In this document: positions 1 through 6,112 of the stretch, piece by piece
Layout: each line of letters starts with the position of its first letter
Position numbering within the stretch: the stretch's first letter is position 1
Assembly (NCBI GenBank): GCA_040222015.1
Contig: JAVJWO010000212.1
Coordinates: 1-14,190 of the forward strand
Length of the DNA stretch: 14,190 bases
Direction: 5' to 3'
Origin: Coleofasciculus chthonoplastes F2-STO-03
GTDB taxonomy: Bacteria > Cyanobacteriota > Cyanobacteriia > Cyanobacteriales > Coleofasciculaceae
Notes under the pieces: model-generated
Databases searched by the model: none
Told to the model about the DNA's origin: nothing
Seen by the model: only the letters and a program-made list of their open reading frames with translations
Position numbers and translations under genes: made by a program

Positions 1-127
1 CATTTCCCCCTCATCCCCTAACCCCTTCTCCCACCGTGGGGAGAAGGGGAACCCTCACCCCCATCCCCTCTCCCCGGCGTGGGAGAGGGGCTGGGGGAGA
101 GGGGTTGAGCTTAAGTTGACACAGATG
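1..127. repeat. GC-rich palindromic REP/MITE-like dispersed repeat (probably the right end of an element cut by the window edge)
   Basis: Two perfect hairpins: CCCCTTCTCCC(22-32)/GGGAGAAGGGG(39-49) and CCCCTCTCCC(65-74)/GGGAGAGGGG(81-90). An imperfect outer stem pairs 52-63 with 92-103. It ends in CTTAAGTTGACAC (110-122), a motif I recall as the terminus of a common cyanobacterial dispersed repeat. The matching left end is not in the window. Confidence 0.6.
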
Positions 128-266
128 ATAGACGTGCGCCCTCTCATCTTGTCGTCATTGTTTGGGAGTTAGGGGTGAATTCGATGATTTTATCGGGAAA
201 CGCAGAGGTTCGCAGAGGGTAGCGCAGAGGTTCGCAGAGGGGTTATTGTGGCGTTTGGGGTGGGGT

Positions 267-274
267 GCGATCGC
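267..274. repeat. HIP1 octamer GCGATCGC (also at 4023, 4468, 5302, 5748, 6886, 8254, 14050)
   Basis: Eight perfect copies were read directly in 14 kb. HIP1 enrichment is a hallmark of many cyanobacterial genomes. Confidence 0.9.
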
Positions 275-319
275 GTTTGTTTTTTGATGAAAATCCAGAA
301 CTGGGAATTGTTGACCTTG

Positions 320-357
320 GCGCGTTGGCGGAGCCTGTTCCGAAGAGAACGTATCGC
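320..357. mobile_element. SDR5-like very small element interrupting a HIP1 site (copy 1)
   Basis: GCG + CGTTGGCGGAGCCTGTTCCGAAGAGAACGT + ATCGC. Removing the 28-30-nt insert restores GCGATCGC. There is an internal stem GTTC/GAAC. Confidence 0.6.
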
Positions 358-521
358 ATCCATATTTCTGGCATGTTCTGACGCTTTAACGGATTTCTTG
401 GTTCGGGCAATTCACACCATTACTGATGGGATAAGCTTAAACCCGTGATTTCACCGAATAGTTGCGTTGAATCGGGATAAAATTGACCCTATAGGTGGGC
501 ACATTTTCCCATTATGAAGTA

Positions 522-551
522 AGTATCTCAGAAAACCACCGCATTTGTCAA
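522..551 (-). promoter_or_regulatory. Putative sigma70-type promoter in repeat block C (copy 1)
   Basis: The minus strand reads TTGACA (551-546), 18 nt ending in TGA, then GATACT (527-522). An AT-rich UP-like tract lies upstream. The same spacing is kept in the other two copies. Confidence 0.55.
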
Positions 552-579
552 TACTGAAATAGAAATTATTTTAGTGATT

Positions 580-1128
580 CTAGGCTAATAGTTCATCAAC
601 GGCTATACTGAAACCGGGTAAAACGGTTTGTGTACTCACCACTTCCCCAGAAGTAAACACTAATCTCTGGTTTTGAGTGGCGATAATAATCCAACGGCTT
701 TCTGGAAAGACTAACCAAACTTCTTTACCCCCCGATTGTAAGTATTCTTGGGCTTTGATAATCACATCTTCAGCTAAATCAGTGGGGGAAACGATTTCTG
801 CACTCAGGGGAAAACTTCGGGGGAGGACTTTTGCATCACCATATTGGCTGACAAGTTCTGGGGGAAGATAGGCGACATCGGGACAACGCCCTTGTTTATT
901 GGTGCGACAAGGTGCTTCTGTATAGACTTCTCCACCTAGTTCACTGGAGTTTTTATGGGTTCTCCAGTAAGAGGAAAGTTTGGATTGAATTCGACTATGT
1001 TTGAGTGTCATGCCATTTTTTTCGATTAATTCTCCATTGACCCATTCTGTACTATTTGGGGGGTTTTGCATCCAGTTTTCTAGGGAGATGGGTTGGGGGT
1101 AAATGGTGGGAATTGTTGAGGTGATCAT
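580..1128 (-). CDS. Uma2 family (DUF820, PD-(D/E)XK-like) putative restriction endonuclease, 182 aa
   Basis: Typical Uma2 motifs: ISLENW, EWVNGELIEK, HSRIQ, GEVYTE, RCPDVAY, PLSAEIVSPTD, KAQEYLQSGGKEVWLVFPE and C-terminal VLPGFSIAVDELL. Confidence 0.93.
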   Translation of the reverse strand: MITSTIPTIYPQPISLENWMQNPPNSTEWVNGELIEKNGMTLKHSRIQSKLSSYWRTHKNSSELGGEVYTEAPCRTNKQGRCPDVAYLPPELVSQYGDAKVLPRSFPLSAEIVSPTDLAEDVIIKAQEYLQSGGKEVWLVFPESRWIIIATQNQRLVFTSGEVVSTQTVLPGFSIAVDELLA

Positions 1129-1129
1129 G

Positions 1130-1245
1130 GTTAGGGGTGAATTCGGTAATGTTTATAGGGTAACGCAGAGGAACGCAGAGGGTAGCGCAGAGGTTCGCAG
1201 AGGGGTTATTGTGGCGTTTTGGGTGGGTGCGCGTTTGTTTGTTTT
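1130..1245. repeat. Partial repeat unit (block A) between the Uma2 start and the NACHT gene end
   Basis: GTTAGGGGTGAATTCG...(CGCAGAGG)x4...GGTTATTGTGGCGTTTTGGGTGGGTGCGCGTTTGTTT matches 168-285 and 5648-5765. The HIP1 site is lost in this copy. Confidence 0.9.
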
Positions 1246-4200
1246 TGGCGTAATTTGTCCAATTGTTCGCGGGCAAAGCGTTGCACGTTGGGATCTGGAT
1301 CGTATGCTATCCGGTTTCGTAATAATTTTGGTGTCTGGGGATGGTGAGGATATTGTTTTACAATGATCTCAAGTGCAGTTTTCCGAGGGTTATCTAACCA
1401 CAAGTCTTCACCATAAATATCAAAGGTATCTTGAACAGCACAGCGACACAAAAAAATCAATATATCATTGTTGTTTTCTTGGCTAGTTGCCAACTCTTTT
1501 ATTGCCATTTTTCGCACTGTTGCATCGCTGTCTGACTGAGCGCAAGACTTCAAAAAAGTTAAAATATCAGGGTTGTCCTTCCCGCCACGAGCTAACTCTT
1601 GTATTGCCGTTTTCCTCACTGTTGCATCCCTATCTGACTGAGCCTTTATCTTGAGATCTGCTTCAGCCTTTATCTTGAAATCTGCTTCAGCCTTTCTTTT
1701 TATGATGAAAATCCTGATATTTGGGTCATTTCCCCAGCCAATATCTAATTCTTTTAGAGCAATTTCTCGCATATTTTTATCAGTATCTGATAAAGCGTAT
1801 TTCTTAATAAGATTTAACACTTTAGGATTATTTTTTCCGCAACGAGCTAACTCTTGCATGGCAGTTTGTCGCACTATTATATTTCTATCTGACTGAGCGC
1901 GAGATTTTAAAAAAGTTAAAATTTCAGGGTTGTCATGCCTGCCACAAGCCAACTCTTGCATTGCCGCTTTTCGCACGATTGCATCGCCATCTGATTCGGC
2001 TTTTATTTTGAGAATAAAACTATTAATATTTGGGTCGTTTTTCCAGCCAAATGCTAATTCTTGTAGAGCAGTTTGTTTGATTAATGTATCGCTATTTGAC
2101 TGGGCGCGTGACTTAAGAAAAGTTAAGGTGTCAGGATCATCCTTCCAACCATGAGCTAACTCTTGTAGAGCTAATTTTCGCACAGTTGCATCGCTATCTG
2201 ACTGGGCACATGACTTCAGAAAAGTTAAGGTGTCAGGAGCATCCTTCCAACCACGAGCCAACTCTTGTAGAGCTAATTTTCGCACAGTTGCGTCGCTATC
2301 TGACTGGGCGCAGGTTTTGAGAAAACTTGAGGTATTTAAGTCATTTTTATAATCATGGACTAACTCTCGTAAAGCGAATTTTCGCACGATTGCATGACCA
2401 TGAGACTGAGCAAATGCTTTGAGAAAAGTTAAAGGCTCAAAATTATCCTTGCCACCACGAGCTAATTCAGATAAATGCCAATTTTGAATTAACTCTTTCA
2501 ACACTATCTCTCTCACCCTGGAAGACTTATCGGAATAGACGCAAGATTTAAGCCAAGGTAAGGTAGCAGGATGCTCTTTCCAACCCTTAACGATCTCCTG
2601 TAGAATAGCCAGTCGCACATCCGAATTCTTATGAGACTGAGCGCAATGTCTTAAAAGCCGAAATGTATCAGGATGCTCTTTCCAACCCTTAACGATTTCC
2701 TGTAGAATGACTTGGCGTACAGAAAGAACGTCATTTTGAGCCAGACGAGATACCAACCAAGGTAAAGTTTTGCTGTCCTCTTTCCAAGTTGATGCAATCA
2801 TCGCTATCGATTGAGTCCTAATATCAGTGATTACGCTAAATTGTTTTTGACTAAGCTGTTTGTAATTTCCCCACTGGCTTAATTTTTTGAACAGATTGAG
2901 TAGTTGAGTTGCCGTTTCACTAATCTGGGAACGACTTCTGACTTCTGTAAGACATTTAGCTGCTAAAAATAAATTCCTAAACTTAGCCGCTTTACCATTC
3001 TGCCTAATTAAATAATCAATAATTTCTCCAACAAACTGCTCATCAATCATCGCCGCAATTAACCGCAGTACCTCATGCCAACTCTCCTCCTGCCAATGCT
3101 TGCCAAATACCTCCGTCTTAAGTTCCTCTATGGAAAGCGATTGTTTCTCTTTAAATTGCCAGACAAACTCCCACGCACAGAAAAATTCTAGAAACGTGCG
3201 ATGGACAAAGGAATAGCAATCAGCACCAGAAAAACATAAAATAAAATTCCGTTCCCGTAACTGCTTAATAATTAACCGAGACACCGTTCGCGGTTTTTCT
3301 ACGTCTTGTAGCGTCTCTAAATATCCCGCTAAAATCCGTTCCAACTCATCCACATTAATTAAATTCCCGGCTAACCCTTGAGGTGCGGCTTGCATCTGAT
3401 ACGCGACTCGCCGCAACATCGCCTGTTTTTCTTTGCGAGTAATCGTGTCGGGGGACAGTTTTTGATCGGGGGGTAATCCTTTCTCAATATCCCATTCATG
3501 GAGGAGAATCCGCGATGCTTCGTCATAAAGTTCCGCCCGTTCCCGTGGCAATTCTCGGTTGCGATTTAAGATTGCCATCATGGTTAACAATAAGGGATTT
3601 CCGGCTAATTCCCGAATCGCGGGTGACTCATTAATTGCCCGTTGTAAACGGTTTTGCAGTCGGGGTTTATCGGGTTGATTGCCAAAGGCTAAATCATGCC
3701 ATTTCTGCACAAATGATTGAATTTGCTCGGCTTCAAAGTCTTGTAAGGTAAAATGCCGAAACTGGGCATCCCGTAACCGTTGGGCTTTATAGCCAATAAT
3801 CCGAGAGGTTACCATGACTCGAACTTGGGGATATTGATTCGTAAAGCGGATAATCTCGGTAATTAGCGTATCTCTAGCAACGGGGTCAAATATTTCATCT
3901 AAACCATCAAATAAGACAAACGCATCTCCAGCTTCTAATACTTCATCTAAGCGATGTTGATTCAGATGAAAAATCGCCGCCGCCCCCTGATGGATAAACT
4001 CCAAGAAGGTTTTCGGTAACGTGCGATCGCGGGCATAATTCCGTAATTCTATCAGCAGGGGAATTGTTTTTGTCGGTTTCTCTGCCCAATCTAGCGCCAC
4101 ATATTGGGCTAATGTGGATTTCCCAGAACCTGGATCACCTAAAATAACGATGTAGGGGTAATTGGGTTGATGGAGTATTTCAAGTACGGAACGAATCGGC

Positions 4201-4997
4201 TGTCGGTAGTAGGTTTCCCGATACTGTTCCAATTCTTCCGGGGAAATCTGTTCATCTAACTGGTTGGCATCTTGTAACCGTTTGAGATAATCTCTAGGAA
4301 TATCATAAAGCGGCATGGCTTCCCGCACCATTTGAGGGACAAACACCTGCCATAATCGCATCGGGTACTTGTAGCTACCGGGATCTAAGGTTTCTAATTT
4401 GAGATAGCCATAGAACTCTTGTAGGCTTTCCCGATATTGGCGTAGGTCAAAATCTGGGATAATACCTGCGATCGCGTCAGTATTGTCTCGAATGGCTTCT
4501 AGGTTCTGGGAATCGAGAATCATTCTTAATTCATCAGACTCTCGACAGATTGCTTTCACTCGCCGGAGATACTGCTGAGTAATCGCTTGCCAATCAAATT
4601 CTGCTGGTAATGGCTGCAATTGCAAGGTTTCCCAGGTTTGGGCTAAGGTATACCCATCCAGAGAACGACACCCCTCGGCAAAGGCTTGACTTAACTCCTC
4701 CTTAACCGCCTTATTATGAATAAATGTCTTTAACTCCCCCTGATAAGGTTTCAATTCCTCCTGACTCAACCCCCAGGTTTCTAACTCCTCCTGTACCAGT
4801 TGCAAGAATTCCTTCAGCGCTTTACCCATGGCTTTCACCAGAGGTTCTTTGTTGAAGCGTTCCGGTAAGGCTTTAATGCGATCTTTGAAGAAATCTTTTG
4901 TATAATCTTCTAAGGTTTCCTTCGCCAACTCCTTGAGGACATCCCCAAAGACGAACCCAACCGCATTAGCAACCCCCCAAACAACGAGCGCATCCAT
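1206..4997 (-). CDS. NACHT-family STAND NTPase with C-terminal HEAT-like repeats (bacterial NLR-like protein), 1263 aa
   Basis: Walker A is VILGDPGSGKST, followed by IPLLIELR. Walker B is FVLFDGLDE. Also present are VMVTSR, LAGNPLLLTM and a winged-helix YSFVHRTFLEFFCA motif. The N-terminal ~180 aa look helical, and about 13 helical repeats of 34 aa form the C-terminus. Confidence 0.93.
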   Translation of the reverse strand: MDALVVWGVANAVGFVFGDVLKELAKETLEDYTKDFFKDRIKALPERFNKEPLVKAMGKALKEFLQLVQEELETWGLSQEELKPYQGELKTFIHNKAVKEELSQAFAEGCRSLDGYTLAQTWETLQLQPLPAEFDWQAITQQYLRRVKAICRESDELRMILDSQNLEAIRDNTDAIAGIIPDFDLRQYRESLQEFYGYLKLETLDPGSYKYPMRLWQVFVPQMVREAMPLYDIPRDYLKRLQDANQLDEQISPEELEQYRETYYRQPIRSVLEILHQPNYPYIVILGDPGSGKSTLAQYVALDWAEKPTKTIPLLIELRNYARDRTLPKTFLEFIHQGAAAIFHLNQHRLDEVLEAGDAFVLFDGLDEIFDPVARDTLITEIIRFTNQYPQVRVMVTSRIIGYKAQRLRDAQFRHFTLQDFEAEQIQSFVQKWHDLAFGNQPDKPRLQNRLQRAINESPAIRELAGNPLLLTMMAILNRNRELPRERAELYDEASRILLHEWDIEKGLPPDQKLSPDTITRKEKQAMLRRVAYQMQAAPQGLAGNLINVDELERILAGYLETLQDVEKPRTVSRLIIKQLRERNFILCFSGADCYSFVHRTFLEFFCAWEFVWQFKEKQSLSIEELKTEVFGKHWQEESWHEVLRLIAAMIDEQFVGEIIDYLIRQNGKAAKFRNLFLAAKCLTEVRSRSQISETATQLLNLFKKLSQWGNYKQLSQKQFSVITDIRTQSIAMIASTWKEDSKTLPWLVSRLAQNDVLSVRQVILQEIVKGWKEHPDTFRLLRHCAQSHKNSDVRLAILQEIVKGWKEHPATLPWLKSCVYSDKSSRVREIVLKELIQNWHLSELARGGKDNFEPLTFLKAFAQSHGHAIVRKFALRELVHDYKNDLNTSSFLKTCAQSDSDATVRKLALQELARGWKDAPDTLTFLKSCAQSDSDATVRKLALQELAHGWKDDPDTLTFLKSRAQSNSDTLIKQTALQELAFGWKNDPNINSFILKIKAESDGDAIVRKAAMQELACGRHDNPEILTFLKSRAQSDRNIIVRQTAMQELARCGKNNPKVLNLIKKYALSDTDKNMREIALKELDIGWGNDPNIRIFIIKRKAEADFKIKAEADLKIKAQSDRDATVRKTAIQELARGGKDNPDILTFLKSCAQSDSDATVRKMAIKELATSQENNNDILIFLCRCAVQDTFDIYGEDLWLDNPRKTALEIIVKQYPHHPQTPKLLRNRIAYDPDPNVQRFAREQLDKLRQKQTNAHPPKTPQ
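1430..2800 (-). repeat. Intragenic 102-bp (34-aa) HEAT-like tandem repeats
   Basis: The consensus is VRKxALQELAxGWKDxPDTLTFLKSxAQSDSDAT. Near-identical DNA AACTCTTGTAGAGCTAATTTTCGCACAGTTGC occurs at 2158 and 2260 (period 102). Boundaries are approximate. Confidence 0.9.
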
Positions 4998-5160
4998 CCG
5001 ATACTATCCAACGACTGACTCATCTCTATTTTTCTACTATAGTCGCCAGTGGGTCAATGATAATCTTAACAGCTGTAATCATGATTTCACCCCCCATAGT
5101 GGTGTTGAATTGGGATGAAAACAGACCCTATAGGTGGACACATTTTTCCATTATGAAGTA

Positions 5161-5190
5161 AGCTTCCCACAAAACCACGGCATTTGTCAA
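5161..5190 (-). promoter_or_regulatory. Putative sigma70-type promoter in repeat block C (copy 2), upstream of the NACHT gene
   Basis: TTGACA (5190-5185), 18 nt ending in TGG, then GAAGCT (5166-5161). It points at the NACHT ATG (4997). Confidence 0.45.
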
Positions 5191-5371
5191 CACTGAAATG
5201 GAATTTATTTTTCCCGTTCGGGAGTTAGGGGTGAATTCGATAATTTTATCGGGAAACGCTCCAGGTCAAAAGAGGGGTTGTTGTCGCGTTTGGGGTGGAG
5301 TGCGATCGCGTTGGTTTATTGAATACTGAACATCCCCTGACTGAGACGACAACTGGGAATTGTTTATCAAA

Positions 5372-5409
5372 GCGCGTTGGCGGAGCCTGTTCCGAAGATA
5401 ACGTATCGC
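5372..5409. mobile_element. SDR5-like very small element interrupting a HIP1 site (copy 2)
   Basis: GCG-CGTTGGCGGAGCCTGTTCCGAAGATAACGT-ATCGC, one mismatch from 320-357. Confidence 0.6.
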
Positions 5410-5584
5410 ATCGACTTTTTTACAGGTTCACTCTTTAACTGATTCACAGACGTTGTGCTTCCTTGAGACCTTTCACACTCTTACTGATGAGACAAACTTC
5501 AACTCCTGGTTTCAGCGATAATCGTGGTGTTGAATTGGGATTCAATCGACCCTATAGGCGGGCACATTTTCCCATTATGAAGTA

Positions 5585-5614
5585 AGTCTCCCACAAAACC
5601 ACGGCATTTGTCAA
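5585..5614 (-). promoter_or_regulatory. Putative sigma70-type promoter in repeat block C (copy 3)
   Basis: TTGACA (5614-5609), 18 nt ending in TGG, then GAGACT (5590-5585). Confidence 0.45.
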
Positions 5615-5828
5615 CACTGAAATGGAATTTATTTTCCCCGTTTGGGAGTTAGGGGTGAATTCGATAATTTTATTGGGAAACGCTCCAGGGGCGCAGAGGG
5701 TAGCGCAGAGGGTCGCAGAGGGGTTATTGTGGCGTTTTGGGTGGGGTGCGATCGCGTTGGTTTTTTGAACACTGAAAATCCCCTGACTGAAAGGCGTACC
5801 GAAGGCAACTGAGGGTATCTAAATGGAT

Positions 5829-5868
5829 TATAATTAAAGGGCTTAAATGACTCAAAACTCCTAGTCAT
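5829..5868 (+). promoter_or_regulatory. Putative -10 box and autoregulatory operator of the toxin-antitoxin operon
   Basis: A perfect TATAAT lies at 5829-5834. The inverted repeat ATGACT(5847-5852)-N10-AGTCAT(5863-5868) overlaps the antitoxin start codon. Confidence 0.5.
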
Positions 5869-6112
5869 GTTCAGTACAACAGTCACCGATACCGGACAAA
5901 TTACGATTCCTCAAGAAATTCAGGACTACCTTAAACTGAGTAGTGGCAGTAAAATTGATTTTGTTATTGATGAAGACGGTCACGTTAAACTGATTCCTCT
6001 TAATGTTTCTGTAGAAAAATTATCAGGGTTTTTACACCGACCGGGCATCAGGAAATCTACCCTAGAAGAAATGGAAGTTGCCATCTCTGAGGGAGCAAAT
6101 GATTGGACTTGA
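5867..6112 (+). CDS. vapB: AbrB/MazE/SpoVT-family antitoxin (VapB-like), 81 aa
   Basis: Swapped-hairpin signature TVTDTGQITIPQEIQDYLKLSSGSKIDF. It overlaps the downstream PIN gene. Confidence 0.9.
   Translation: MFSTTVTDTGQITIPQEIQDYLKLSSGSKIDFVIDEDGHVKLIPLNVSVEKLSGFLHRPGIRKSTLEEMEVAISEGANDWT

Larger units (their letters stand above)
160..572. repeat. ~413-bp intergenic repeat unit, complete copy 1 (blocks A-B-C)
   Basis: Colinear with 5216-5639. Block A is GTTTGGGAGTTAGGGGTGAATTCGAT, then CGCAGAGG repeats and a HIP1 site. Block B is CTGGGAATTG...GGCGGAGCCTGTTCCGAAGA.AACGTATCGCATC. Block C is GACCCTATAGGTGGGCACATTTTCCCATTATGAAGTAAG...GCATTTGTCAA.ACTGAAAT.GAA.TTATTTT. Confidence 0.93.
5082..5790. 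repeat. Tandem array of the same intergenic unit: block C (5082-5215), a complete 424-bp unit (5216-5639) and block A (5640-5790)
   Basis: TTATGAAGTAAG occurs at 5151 and 5575, and GGGAGTTAGGGGTGAATTCGATAATTTTAT at 5220 and 5644. The period is exactly 424 bp. Confidence 0.93.

Noticed and set aside
248..448. 66-aa plus-strand ORF
   Set aside because: It lies wholly within the repeat unit, the frame is not preserved in the 5216-5639 copy, and it has no recognisable motif.
1052..1366. ORFs 1052-1276 (-) and 1103-1366 (+)
   Set aside because: They overlap Uma2, NACHT and the CGCAGAGG repeat tract, and are low-complexity shadow frames.
1430..2800. Diversity-generating retroelement template/variable repeat pair
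   Set aside because: The repeats are in-frame protein repeats, the differences are not confined to adenines, and no reverse transcriptase is present.
160..5790. CRISPR array or classical integron interpretation of the repeats
   Set aside because: The period is 424 bp with no short repeat and unique spacer pattern and no cas genes. I saw no attC-type RYYYAAC/GTTRRRY long hairpin and no intI gene.
5629..5886. 85-aa minus-strand ORF
   Set aside because: It is mostly translated block A repeat and overlaps the TA promoter and start codon.
6078..6098. TTG start for the PIN toxin
   Set aside because: ATG 6099 gives the canonical MIGLDTN N-terminus and has an SD-like sequence upstream.
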